Below, one piece after another: positions 12,177 through 24,780 of a stretch of DNA of 64,000 nt (the first letter of the stretch is position 1; every line of letters starts with the position of its first letter). The notes below the pieces were generated by a model, which was not told the DNA's origin, made no database searches, and was given only the letters and a program-made list of their open reading frames with translations. Where the stretch lies: NCBI GenBank assembly GCA_965112155.1, contig OZ218100.1; one strand, written 5' to 3'. The position numbers were made by a program, and so were the translations under genes. Source of the stretch: Podarcis liolepis. Taxonomy: Eukaryota.

Positions 12177-12735
12177 CAGTGTTTCCCAACCGGTGTTCCG
12201 CGGCACACTACTATGCCGTGAGACATTGGCTGGTGTGCCGTGGGAGGGAGGCGGGAGAGTTGGGCGGTGAGAGGTGGCGGAGGCGAGGATCCGCGCCGAG
12301 CCGGGGGCGGCTCCGCGGTGGTGGTGCCGAGCGGCGGGGCAGCGCGTGCAAAAGGGAGGAGCGCGAGACAGCGGAGGAGGAGGAGGCCGGCATGTCCGGG
12401 CAGCAGCAGCAACAACAGCAGCAGCAACTCCCGGCGACGGCTCCTCAAGCCCCGCCGCCGCCCCCTCCTCCGCCCGCTATCGCCGCCACCACCACAACAG
12501 CCGCCGCCGCCTCAGTTGCCGCCGTCCCTCAGTCCCTCGCTCTGCTGCCTCCTCCCACCCCCAAAGCTTGGAGGTTCCCCGGCAAGGGGGAGGGAAAAAA
12601 CTTTCACTTTCGTGCGTCCCTCCTGGCGTGACGCTGCGCGCTGACGTCACGGGGCGGGGCTTTAATGGTGGTGTGCCGCGAGATTTTTTTCAGTAAACAG
12701 GTGTACCGTTGCCCAAAAAAGTTTGGGAAACACTG
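12177..12735. mobile_element. Young hAT (Charlie-like termini) element carrying CpG-island-like cargo
   Basis: TIRs CAGTGTTTCCCAA / TTGGGAAACACTG. Perfect TSD ctgtaggc (12169-12176, 12736-12743). Subterminal 'tggtgtgccg' repeats at both ends. Confidence 0.92.
12600..12660. promoter_or_regulatory. Promoter-like motif cluster inside the hAT cargo: IRF/PRDM1-type GAAAGTGAAAGT (minus strand), CRE TGACGTCA, GC box GGGGCGGGGC
   Basis: actttcactttc 12600-12611; tgacg half-site 12629-12633; tgacgtca 12642-12649; ggggcggggc 12651-12660. Activity is untested. Confidence 0.55.
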
Positions 12736-12976
12736 CTGTAGGCCATAGTACACATTGAGGTGTTCTATGAGACTAACAGCAAAAACTGTCGAATGTCTTT
12801 TTCAACTCAAAACAGAGATGAACTCAGCGTTTCAGTGTATCTACTCATTCTGCCTATTCTTTTACTGATGTTTTAAAAATGCCACTGCTTCCTTCATAGG
12901 CACCACACACTCCCTCAAGAACATATTCACCATTTCCCCCACTTGTTTGGCCAGTCCCACTCCAGATCCCATTTTA

Positions 12977-13090
12977 GGGAAGTTTTATTTTTTAAAGTTT
13001 AACGTTTTATTCTGTTTTTAATCTGTTGGGAGCTACCCAGAGTGGTTGGGGAAACCCAGTCAGATGGGCGGGATATTATTATTATTATTT
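12977..13090 (+). mobile_element. L2-type LINE 3' end fragment
   Basis: 'gttgggagctacccagagtggttggggaaacccagtcagatgggcggg' + (ATT)n tail. Reverse homologue of 23050-23130. Confidence 0.75.
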
Positions 13091-15117
13091 GCCCAGAAAT
13101 GAAAGAGTCAAACATGTTGACCCCACTCCTTCAAGGATTCCATCTACATCCACTGGCTGCACAAACTGAAAAGTATCCATAACAACAGGAACAGATGTCA
13201 CCTTCATGGGAAAATGTACTTGTCAACTCAGGGGAAGGAAGAATTCAAGGATAAAAAAAAGTGTTTTGTGGGAAATGGTTTGTTTTATTAAATATGTTTC
13301 AGTCAAATAGCATGATTGGTTTCCTCCATCAACTCATGACACTTTATAGAGTAATATTATAGAGTGACTGAATTAATTTCCCCCCTTTTCTTTATGCTTG
13401 GCTAGTTGTTTATTTCTATGATGGTTCCCTGATTGCTTCACTTAAGTGTTTATTAGTGCATTGTGGATTGTATATTTGTGGGAGATTTTGTTGCCTATTT
13501 GTTTTGCTCTTCTGTTTGTTGTAACCAAATGTATAGGTAATGTATGTGTTGAGTTTTTACTGGTGTGTTTCTGTGTTTTTTTTGTTTGCTCATTTTTCCT
13601 TGATATGGAAGGTCTTAACAAACATTTCTTAAAACGTTTGTCCCTTGCCTGCCTTTATGGTCCCTACCCCATAAACAGATCTCACCATAGTGAGAAAGAC
13701 TGCAACCTGTGTGCTTGCTGTCTATTGTCCAGGTGTCCATTGCTTATGGGCAGTTTATGGGCAGTTCTTTGGGCAGTTCTTGGTTCAGATAGCCATTCAA
13801 ACAGAGACTCTTTTCAACAGAGGACTGTCCTCTGTCAAACGGCTATCCCAGTCTCCCTGCTCCTTTCCTATGCACAAACTTGCAACAGCATGTGAAAAGT
13901 AGGTTCTATTGCTTATTGTTTGGGCTTGAAAATGAATTTAGATTTTAGAAAGGAATTTGTGCCTTTTCAAAAACCATGCATATTTTAAAAACAAGGCTAT
14001 CCATTCATGGCTGGGTGTCACCGCATTATTTTAAAAACTTTTCCATATGGAAACTTCTTTGAGAAGTTATTTCACTCTGTCAACATGCACTGTGTCTTAT
14101 GAAACAGCTCTAGGTTCTGAGCCACACTTAAATATGTACAACAGTGACAAAAAAAGCATTTGGGGAAGGGCCCAAGAACATAAAATTACTTCTGTGTTTA
14201 TATGTAACCACCCTTAAAATGTAATGCAATTAGAGTTATCTGGAAACATTAAGTGGCTCACCGCTGGCTGACGGACAGGCTTGTAAATTGTATTAGAGAA
14301 GGGAACAAGCCTATTGCAGAGTTTGGGAAAGTTGCCAAAGTAGCCTGCAAAATGATTTCTGGTCCTTGCTCTTTATTGCTTGTGATTATGTGATGTGTTT
14401 ATCAGAATAATTTGATTTCATTTTTCCCACTCTGGGCAATGCTCCAAGCCTCAGAGGTATTAAGTAATTTAAAATTTGCCGTAGGTGTCCATAGAAAGGA
14501 ACCTTGAATTGCCAAGAGCAGCTTGCTATGAAAAAAATACCCCAAAAAATGCAATTCAAACTCTTATACTGAAAGGTTTGGAGGCTCTGCAGGAAAGTGT
14601 TATTGTAACTAATCTTGGAAGAGCAGGGGGGATGATCAGGATCAACCTGCTCTATGAATTGATTCTGTTCTACAAAAAAGACCACCCATTTTTTATCATG
14701 TTTATACCCCGCCACTTCTCTGTACTGTATCCTGAAAATAACACCGTATGATGTATTAGGCTAGGAGACAGACATTACAGCCAGGTTACCTTGTGAGTTT
14801 GGCTTGGGAGGTGGGAATTTGGATTTGACTCTGACTCTTTCCAGTTCCAAGCCATTAAACAGAAAATGGAAACTTTGTGTGTGTGTGTCTTATCTGTAAA
14901 ATTCTAAATAAAGAGGTGGTAACATGCTGCTATCCCACACTTGTATCTGGATATCAGCAGTGGTTTCCTCTGGACAAGATTATACAAGTCCAAGATGATG
15001 ACTTTGGTTTGTTTGTTTTATAGCCTTCACAACAGAATCTTTAACATGATGGTTGGGGTGGGTAGCTAATGCTTCAGGTCTATACATTTCAATGATCCTA
15101 TCTTGGGATTTAAAAAC

Positions 15118-15356
15118 CAGTACCTTGGTACTTGAATGGCTTCTCTCCTGAACAAATTGGCTCCCAAATGCCGTAAACCCGGAAGTAAGCTTTCCGGTTT
15201 GTGAACGCTTTTCGGAAGCTGAATGTCCGATGCAGCTTCTGCTTGAGAGCAGGAAGCTCCTGCAGCCAATCGGAAGCCGTGTCTTGGTTTTTGAACGGTT
15301 TCGGGAGTCGAACAGACTCCAAGAACGGATTAAGTTCAAGAACCAAGGTACCACTG
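15118..15356. mobile_element. Tc1/mariner MITE, family B (left TIR damaged)
   Basis: Right end AAGGTACCACTG|TA. Body homologous to 9648-9898. Confidence 0.8.
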
Positions 15357-16929
15357 TATATGAACAAGCTGTTTATTTGTGTACACAGCTTCTTTGCAAG
15401 CAACCAAAACAGGAAGTCTACAATTAACCATGGATTTCATTTCAGCCAATCTGGGAACCTATGATGACTAGCTTTGGAACAAGTCCAGATATTAAAATTA
15501 GTTTAATGTCCTAATTTGTTCAAATTCTTCTAACCATACTTTTTTGGTATGGATAAATCAGAAAATTTGATCCAATTTGATCAAAACTCATGTGAAGGAG
15601 CTGCATGTGTGAATATGTGCACAAGGCTCTTTCACATCTAAGCTATGATACGTCTGAACCAGCTCACTTTCCAAATAAAAGCTGGTGTAGATTAATGGAC
15701 AGTGAGCTGGGATTTCTGTGGTGTCGTTTCAATCTTACTTTAGGAACACACCTTCATTGGCAACTGGCTATAGTAATACTGAATAACAACCTAGGGTTTT
15801 CAATAGGTTGGCTAGCATCCATCTGTCTCAGGAGACAATAGAGGAGTGGGCCTTTGAAGGTGAAGTCAAACTGCTGGAAGCTACCTGCTGTGACTGTACA
15901 GTCCGATACAGGACAGAAATGATTGTTGCAACTGGGGCAGATGAAAGGGTAATGAATACTAACTTAAAAACATGCTCACATACAGGAGTTTACTATAACT
16001 TTGAAGTTATAGTAAAAAAAAAAGTACATTGGTTACACAATAAGTTACCCTTCCCTTAAGCATTTATTCTAGAAATCTTTCTCATCTCTGTTAGCAAATC
16101 TTGAATACTTTGCTCTTTTCCTGGAGACAGTTGCTGATTATATCTACAAATGCATAGAATGAGTGCACACCAAGATGTGACAAGTACTATTTGATTATTT
16201 AATAGTACTCCTCCATGTTTTCTCTGCTTGAATGCAGCATCTAATTCTGTCTAATCATTCTATAAAGTGAACTCAGTAATGAGTGCTGTAAACACAAAGC
16301 AGAAGACAAGACCATGAGTTCTAAGTTTTTATCTGAAGATGCAACTTTTAAAAATTAAGATGTTGTATAAGGAGAAACCTGCCTGTGAGCTATCCATTTG
16401 CTTTGGATCCATATGTTATTCAGTTTTCCATTCTTACTTTTCAAAAGGCCTTTAAAAACAAGAAATAGCTACATGATCAGCCCTAACAAGAGTAGAAAAA
16501 TGCAGCACTGTCCTAGTGCTTATACTAGCTTAAGATGGAACCAAAATGACAGGGGAACATCACAAACTGTCATGTTATACCACACTGCAGTGCTGTCCTG
16601 CTGCCTCAAATAATTTCTCTCCTAGAAGTTATACAGCTGCCTAATTCTCCGGCTCATCACATGAAATGGAACCTACCAACCCCTTAGAAACATGTCTTCT
16701 AACATGTCAGTTCTTTTTTTTTACCAATAAGCACCTCTCCTCCTCCTCAAAAACAGAAACCAAAGCATCCAGGAGGCCCCACTCTGTCACATACTTAGAT
16801 GTCAAGAGTATCCCAAACATTTACTGGCACTATATCTGAGCTCCAAGTACAAATTCACAGCAACAGAATTGTCACATTGAATAAGCTCCAAAGAAAGTTA
16901 CCAAAGTTCAGAGGGGGAAAACCTCTTAC

Positions 16930-16966
16930 CTTTGGTAGCAATTCGAACACACTGAGTTTTGGTCTC
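16930..16966 (-). CDS. PTPRK: PTPRK 37-nt coding exon (~exon 13): ETKTQCVRIATK
   Basis: Translated by hand. Acceptor tcttcttaacAG|GAG, donor AAAG|GTaaga. Phase 0-1. The next (transmembrane) exon is not in the window. Confidence 0.95.
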
Positions 16967-19496
16967 CTGTTAAGAAGAAAAATGGGAGAAAAATGCAATT
17001 AGCACCAGTAGCTTGGGAAATTCAGTGAAAGTTAGTTCAGGTCACTGTGCAAATACACTTATGAACTACTTACATATACAATGAATAAGGCAAACACTTT
17101 TGATAGTGAAAGTATACTGCAGAGCTAAAATTCCTTTCATATATGTATATAGCTTCTACAGGCTGGGCTTCTACTCTATCAAGATCTCTGGCACACTCAG
17201 TGAATTGACTCCAGGTAAGCAGAAAGGCTTCTAGTTTAGGTTCACCCATGACAATGTTAATTTTCTTTGCAGTCTTCTCAGTAATGAGAAAATCCCACAC
17301 TATTAACGAGCCACTGAAAAATACAGGAAGGGTGAGAGTAAGTGTCAAGCAGGCACTTTCACTGTACTGTTGACATTAAGCAGGTATTTTTGCTATGCTG
17401 TCTTATGTCAACAGTACCAGGTGCTGAGAATTGTAGGTAGAGAGAGTGCTGTTGGGCTCAGGTCTGACTTTCAGCCTTCCCATCAGTACTGGTTGGCCAC
17501 TATGAGTACAAGATGCTGGACAAGCCATTGGCCTGATCCAGCAGCCTCTTCTGATGTTCTTACAGCTTTAGAAGCCTGTTGAAAACTTTTTTGTTTCAGC
17601 AAGCCTATCCAGACACTTGATTTAGTTGCATTTGTTTTCATGATTTTATCTCTGTTTTTAATGATGGTAATATGTGTACTTGTTTTTCATTTGGTCTGTG
17701 TGTTTTAGTCGTATGTTAATTGTAGTTGGATTTGTACACTGCTTGGATAACCCCCCCCCCAAAAAAGTGGTCTATAAATATAAATAAATAACAAAATGTA
17801 GCAAAATGTGGGCTAGATGTAGGAGAATGTTGGAGCCTGTGATGAAGCTCATCAAGTCTAAGGCATCAAGCTGAAAGTTCTGTACTTATTCATTTTCCCA
17901 CCACATGTAGAAGAAAGTGCCCCTTCCAGCATAGACTGTAAACCATGTTTAAAGCTAGGTCATGGGATTTAATAAAACATCTATTTTATAGTGGCACATA
18001 ATGAAATACTTAGATAGGGCCTCCCAGATTTCCTGCCAATCTTTTTACCTCCAGCTTCATTTGCAAATTTGATTTCCTAATATCAGAATGCAATTATTCT
18101 AAAATTATCCATTTTTAATTTATTTTTTTTTTAAAAAACCCCACGAGTTTCTCCCATCAGGAAAATCCTCCAGTTCCACAGCTATTCTAGCACACAAATT
18201 CACAAGCTGTGACATTTTCCTCATCTTGCTATGATAAACAGCTAATTCTTATAATTATAGACATTAGGCGAAGCTTCATTCTAGAGCCTCAAAGGCAAAG
18301 TCATTGATAGCTGTGATCTCTTCATTACTAGCTGCAGCTGAAATCCAAATGGCAGGGTAGAAATCGCTTTGGTTTCTTTTGAAAGCAGATTAACCTTCCT
18401 GAAGCCTATCAATCTAGGTGCAATCTTCCCCAAATCCCTCCTCTCCACCTCCTTGCGCCACAGCCATCTGCTACTGGGGCACAATAACCAGGAGACAGAG
18501 ATTTCATACAAGACTATACTTAATTCTCAAATCTAAGTTTTAAATATCTCTGCCACTGTTCTAAATGCTGCTTCCTCCCTTTCCCGTCCCGTATTTCTAT
18601 TTACAAAAGGAAAATGATTCAGTGGCAGAAGCAGCATGGGGCTTATCAAGTCATGTTGCTTTTCACACCTAGAGCTGCCTGCAGTATTTAACTTCCTGTT
18701 GTTTTGTTCTCTATCAATATGCATACTGAAATAGAAGCAGTGCTGTATGGTGTCAAGATATCAAATGGGGAGGAAATAGCAATGGTGATCTGCAGCCATA
18801 CCTTTCCTACCAGCACAGTGGTCAAGCAATTTGGAAGCAAACCTGTGTACTGATGCTTTTCACAAACATGTAGCTGCTATGGGAGTTACAGTGGCTTTTT
18901 AAAACAAACTTATTTTTTTCTTACTTGATGTTCGGCATGTGGGGCACCGCTTTATTAGGCCTGCTGAGCAAGCTGGGTTTTGTTTATCCTGAAGCAATTT
19001 AATCTCCTGAACTACCTGGGCATTGAGAACAGTAGGAGGGGCGTTATTTCCTTGGAATGTGGAAACATACATGGCTGAAATTTATTTTACCGATGCTACG
19101 GCCCCAAAGAAACTTACTAAATTTTCAAACAGTAATAGTTGCTGTGGGGGAAATGGTGTGTGGAATATGAATGGCACAGAGCCATGCCGTTTGAAAATGG
19201 AAACCACAGAAAGGGTTTGCAATAACAAGAACCCAACACCTTTGGCCTACATCCAGATGCTTTAGACAGGGTGAGATGGCCTGCCTCAGGTGGCAGATAT
19301 GAAGATACCACTAAAGGGAAGCATACTGTCTATTTAGGCGATATTGTTCATCCATAATGTCATTTGAATTTTTCATACCAGGAACAAAAACATATTGAGC
19401 AACCGCTGGATATGAGTCTAGGTCTATACACAGAAGCTGTTTCACTGGGTGCATTTAGGTTGCTGTTTTAAACTTTGCTGCTCTCTGTTTTAGTAG

Positions 19497-19498
<2 letters not shown>

Positions 19499-19562
<64 letters not shown>
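19499..19562. repeat. Compound (GT)n(GA)n microsatellite
   Basis: Direct observation. Confidence 0.95.
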
Positions 19563-19564
<2 letters not shown>

Positions 19565-19920
19565 TTTGTTATTTTACTGCAGTTTGCTGCCTTGGTTTGG
19601 AAAGAGAGGATCAAAATGTTTTCAAGAAATAAAAGCAAATGTGACTTTTGACTCCTCTCCACCACCCCTCCAACAAGTCTGCATGCTGCTCAACAAGCCT
19701 CTTTTGAGATAGGCTAGGGAAATCAAAAGTTGTTTACTGTGCATACCTGGCTGGAGGGATTGCTGTATGAAAGGAACAAGTCAAAAGCTCAGTGCTGCTC
19801 ATGTGCAAGCTAGTTGTCTGTGTGATGAAGATCTTTCTGGACCTTGGCCTTATAGTCCAAATAACCTCTAGCAACAGATCTGATTTTTTCCCCCAGAAGA
19901 AAATTCAGGGAAGTGCCTAC

Positions 19921-20194
19921 CTTCTCAACACTACTCATAGCTTGGAAGTAGATATTATATCCTTTACGGGGAGCCAATGGTGGGTTCCAGAAGCCTTGGT
20001 AAGTTCTGTTATCACCAACCGTGAAAGGAGCTGGTTCAGGAAGGTTACCAGGTGGCAATTCTGCAGCAAAATAATATGGCGAGCCACTGCTCAGAGCATT
20101 TTGATATGTGACAGGAATCTGGTAGCAGTCCATTGCACCTGTTTCTCGTTTTGTCCGATGAGGATGCAGCTCTTCAACAACAATCTGATAGGCG
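19921..20194 (-). CDS. PTPRK: PTPRK coding exon (~exon 12), FN3 repeat 4 with the furin site: AYQIVVEELHPHRTKRETGAMDCYQIPVTYQNALSSGSPYYFAAELPPGNLPEPAPFTVGDNRTYQGFWNPPLAPRKGYNIYFQAMSSVEK
   Basis: Matches PTPRK. Acceptor ttttaacAG|C, donor AAG|GTaggc. 274 nt, phase 2-0. RTKR at 20146-20157. Confidence 0.97.
20146..20157 (-). other. PTPRK: Encoded furin/proprotein-convertase cleavage site RTKR in FN3-4
   Basis: CGG ACA AAA CGA. This is the established R2B PTP S1 cleavage motif. Confidence 0.9.
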
Positions 20195-22514
20195 CTGTTA
20201 AAAGCCAAGAGAAAAACATGACTTATAAGAGGGTGCCAGACCAACAGCACACAACACTATATCACGTAACTATGTTGCGCCAAATAGTACCACACTCGGC
20301 TCAGAAGCGCAAGTCAAGCAGAGAAGCAGGTTTAAAAATGGCAGCTTATGCGTCTCATAACCAAATCATATTCAGCAATAGGCCCCGAGTGGAAGGTGGT
20401 AATTTTATTTCCCCTAATTTTAATTTCACTTCTCTCCTTTATTTCCACAGCAACGTCGCTCTCAGCCTCCCTTCCCCAAAAGATCTAATGGAACAGGAAA
20501 GTCTTTCTCATCACTGATGTAGACTTTGAACTATTAAGCAGACCAGGACTGGATCTTACATTAAGCACAGACATTTTTAATAGATTAATCCTTCTGCTTG
20601 ATAATTTGCAGCATTTGAAGTCAGCATTTGCCTTTGAAAGGATATTATAGAAAGCTCGGCTTCAAGGCCCGTCGTGGCAGCCTCCAAGCAATGCCTGAAG
20701 CACCAATTTGCTGTTGTCATATTACTAGAGACAGAAGCGCGTCGACAGGCATCTCCACCTTTTGACCTTGCTGTGGCATCTAACTTGGCTCACAGCTATG
20801 CAGATCTAAAGTATAAGCGACATCCTGTAATACAAGCACAGATGGACGGAAATCTGTCCACTCCCTCCAAATAGTCTGACTCCTTTCCCTACAGTTGCCA
20901 CTGACAAAAACGTTACAAATTGCTAGAGCAGATGGCATCTAGCCTATTAAAAAAAAAAAAGACGGGAAAAAAATGCTAACCCCAAAAACAAACTTCAGCC
21001 TAAACTTGCCAATACCTTCCTCGCAATGACAGCTCTTGGTCATTCCTCATAAAAATCTCATTTTACCAGAGAATGTAATTATAGCTCTTCTTTTCCCTAT
21101 AGAGGAAAGAGGCAAACAACTGAAATGTTAGACTAATTGATAATCAGCACTTGGATGTTCTGTTAGAAAGTGTCATAAAGGACAAAGTTGAATTGAGCTC
21201 CTGTTTCAAAAAGAACCACGGCATTTTCAAGTACGTCAAAATCTCCCTTCCTAGACTCCCACAATGAAATGAAGTAAAATAAAATGGGACCATATACAAA
21301 AAGATGGAGGTCCACATGCAATGTCGCATAGAAATCATTCAAGCTAGTTGGGATTCATGTAGGTGTAAGGGATATTTTGAGTTGCTTCTAATGCTCTGCT
21401 GCAGATGCTCACCACTCCAACTCCCATCAAATCTGATCAGCAGCCACGTTGGCTTGGGCTGCTAGGAATCCAACAATATCCAGAGAGTCTCAGGTTCACC
21501 ACCCCTGCCCCTGGTAAACTCTGCTAAGGTAGCAAAAAGCAAAGTGAGCATGATCTCAAGCAATGAGAAGCAGTGCGGACAAATTGGAGTAAAGGGGGAG
21601 AAAGACGGGGAAGCTTATTCCATTAGGGTGATATCCAACCAAGTCATACTCAGAGAAGACCCACTCAAATTAGGCTTAGTTGGATACAATCCCTAATTTT
21701 CTTTTCAGATACTCTCACATGAAAAGGTGTTAAATACTACATGCTTTATTCATTCCCTCCCTTAAGAACCTAGGCAGTAATGCAATCCAATCTAAGTTTT
21801 GCATAAGCAATTGGCTTTCCCTCTTGGGAACAACGGACATCTTAATGCTTGCCTCTGCAGACACTGTCACTCCTTTCTCGAGTGCTGCCAACGCAAAACA
21901 AATGACAAGACTTTTACTCTCCAAAATGCCAGGAGATCAGTAAACTTGTCAATTCCAATATCTGGCCACTTTAGAAGAATAAAGCCCAAGGGAAGAGCAG
22001 AAGCAGGGTGAAGCGTGCGTATGAAATGTTTCATTTATTTATGATTCAATTTATGTTTTAACATGAAACCAAGGTTTCATTCAAGGGAGGAGTTACAAAC
22101 ATTCATTATCTTTTAGGGAGGCAACAGAGGGAGTGTTCAAATTTTGCTATTTCAAGGGCACTGAAGCTTAATTCACCAGAAGCAGCAGACGAGATGGTAA
22201 ATCTGATGCTGGAGTATGTCATTTCAGGGGCCAAACAGGAGATTGCCTGCTTTGAGGAGGGTGTACAGCACATACAAGACTAGTATATCAGGGAGAAGGG
22301 TTTGAAGAACATCTAGGTTTCAACTTGCAGTGAGTTTATTTTAACTGGATGAACAATCTATCATGAGAATGCTCCTCCCATAGTATAATCCCAGAACAGT
22401 TTTGTCACTTAATCTGCTATTTGCACACATGGCTAAGCAGAATTCAGTCTACAAGTTTAACCAGCCCTCTTCCTATGTAGTCCTGGAAAACAGAACACAG
22501 TGAGAGTAATGAGA

Positions 22515-22896
22515 GTCAGTGGGGTGTACTGCTCATCTTATAGATTACCTTAGAGTGTAGGACTAAAACCTAGGAAATCAAATTCCTACTTGGGCATGAA
22601 ACTCACTGGAAGATGACCTTGGGCCATCCACAGTCCCAGGGGTGCCCAAACTTTTTTCAAAGAGGACCAGATTTGATGAAGTGAACATGCGTGAGGGCCA
22701 AGCAAAGTTATTGAGCTTTTTTTTTTTTAGGACTGAATTTGTTGAGCTTATTTTACAATTTCACCCTTTTTTAGGATGACCTATACTGCTTTTATTTAGG
22801 AAGACCTATGCTGCTACAAGGGCTGGGTTAGGCCCCCAAAGTGGACTTTGGACATGCCTCGTCTAACCCATCTCACAGGATTGTTGTGAAGATAAA
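22515..22896 (+). mobile_element. tRNA-derived SINE interrupted by a hAT MITE (22637-22860)
   Basis: SINE halves '...gaccttgggccatccacagtcc' and 'taacccatctcacaggattgttgtgaagataaa' flank CAGGGGTGCCCAAA...TTTGGACATGCCTC. Confidence 0.65.
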
Positions 22897-23049
22897 GCAT
22901 TGAAGGAGAGAGCCATGGTGCGGTGGGATACAAAGATAATGAAACAATTTAAAATATCAGGCAGTTTAGAAATGCTTTTAAATAAATAAAGAAAACAGCA
23001 ACAGGATAGCTCCACTAGTTTAAAAGAGGGGTGGGGAAGCTAACATGGA

Positions 23050-23557
23050 ATTATTATTATTATTAGTAGTAGTAGTACCCCGCCCATCTGGCTGGGTTTC
23101 CCCAGCCACTCTGGGTGGCTTCCAACAAAAGATTAAAATACAAAAAATTATCAAATATTAAAAGCTTCCCTAAACAGGGCTGCCTTCAGATGCCTTCTAA
23201 AAGTTTGATTTGTTGTTGTTCTCTTTGACATCTGGTGGGAGGGTGTTCCACAGGGTGGGTGCCACTACTGAGAAGGCCCTCTGCCTGGTTCCCTGTAACC
23301 TCACTTCTCGCAGTGAGGGAACCGCCAGAAGGCCCTCGGCGCTGCATCTCCGTGTCCGGGCTGAACGATAGGGGTGGAGACACTCCTTCAGGTATACAGG
23401 ACTGATGCTGTTTAGGGCTTTAAAGGTCAGCACCAACACTTCTTGAATTGTGCTTAGAAACGTACTGGGAGCCAATGTAGGTCTTTCAAGACTGGTGTTA
23501 TAAGGTCTCGGAGGCCACTCCCAGTCACCGGTCTTGCTGCCGCATTCTGGATTAGTT
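23050..23557 (-). mobile_element. L2-type LINE 3' fragment (ORF2 C-terminus + 3' UTR + (TAA/TAC)n tail)
   Basis: Translation 'VLVLTFKALNSISPVYLKECLHPY...RAFSVVAPTLWNTLP' is the typical L2 ORF2 end. Confidence 0.85.
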
Positions 23558-24311
23558 GGTCCTTATAATCACTCATTGGCAATTACTTGCCACCTTTATT
23601 TATTAATTTCAGGGACACTGTTCAGTAGAGAGGCTTAAATAGTGCATGCTGCCACTGATAATCAAATCACCTTTCTTTGCAGCTTACTGATGAATAAATG
23701 TTTCTTCCTTACCGGCTGAGCTGAGAGCCTCCAGCTTGGTAAAAGTAAGACTTAATATCTGATTATAAATACTGATTCATCCAGTCTCCCTTTGTATTTC
23801 ATGTCTGCTGTTTGGCTTACAACTTCAGGAGGCCATAAAGAAAACTAGAGATTATGAGATAACGCTTGGCAGGCAAGACACGATTATGTCATGATTAGAG
23901 CTGTGACTACCGCCGCATGTTGCATCTTAAGGAATGATTGACGGCACCTGCAAATTTGAATTGGATTACCCAAACATCTGCTTCAAGAGGCATGTGCACA
24001 AAGCAGGCAAGGAATACAAGGGAGCATTTATATCAGGAAGGCTGACTCCTAAAACACATAATTAGATGCTGCATATTTAAATTGAGTAAGTTTGTTGAAC
24101 TGTTTAACATTGGCATTTTCCCGAGAGATCGAGAATAGAAATGGGCTGTCAAAAATACATCCTGAGATGTTCTGGTTTCAGAACGTCCGCTGGGACTTAT
24201 CTTGCCACAACTAAGTAACCTGAAGCTAAGCCAGATAATTGTTTTAAAAAGAGCAGAAATGAGTGCCATAGTAAATAGGGAGCAGATACTACTGCACTAT
24301 AAAAAGCTCCA

Positions 24312-24643
24312 TTGTGTGAGGAGGGTCTCTCATATAAGGGTCTCTTCCTCATATGGAAGAGCTCTGGGGTTTGCTCATATTCAATGGCTTACATTCAATG
24401 CTTAAACAGAAGCTTGAATGCAGAATTGTTGACCAGTGACAGGGCCTTATTGGTGGCAGCTCCCCATTTGTGGAATGTATTCCCTGGCAAGGTGCTTCTC
24501 TCTGTCTTCCTCATTAACAATGTTCAGGAGAAGCATAAAAACATTCATGTTTACCCAGGTTGAAAGACTATGTTCCCGGCAAGTTTGAAACCATTACATG
24601 TGAGGGTATGTGATTCTTTTAAAAATGTTTTTAACACTTGCCA

Positions 24644-24678
<35 letters not shown>

Positions 24679-24780
24679 ATGTTTTCCATATGTTTTCATT
24701 TTATTTTTAACTGTAATGTTTTAACTTTTCTGTTTGCCACCAGGACTCCTTTGGAAGAAGGAGTTTAAATAAATAAGTAA
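24312..24780 (+). mobile_element. Degraded L2 3' fragment with an embedded (TAAA)n repeat (24644-24680)
   Basis: Translation 'DRALLVAAPHLWNVFP' resembles the L2 RAFSVAAPxLWNxLP motif. Confidence 0.55.

Noticed and set aside
12104-12696. Five overlapping ORFs on both strands, taken as a stand-alone gene
   Set aside because: Stop-codon scarcity follows from very high GC content, and the region is bounded by hAT TIRs and a TSD. Treated as transposon cargo, not an intact gene.
13446-13895. 149-aa hydrophobic ORF resembling a membrane protein
   Set aside because: It arises from T/G-rich low-complexity intron sequence, starts at a non-ATG codon, and has no family motif.
1-16929. PTPRK transmembrane exon (AATEEPEVIPDPAKQ...)
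   Set aside because: Not found, so it lies downstream of window position 1.
19792-20517. 241-aa plus-strand ORF, the longest in the window
   Set aside because: It is the antisense shadow of PTPRK exon 12 plus flanks, with no recognisable domain.
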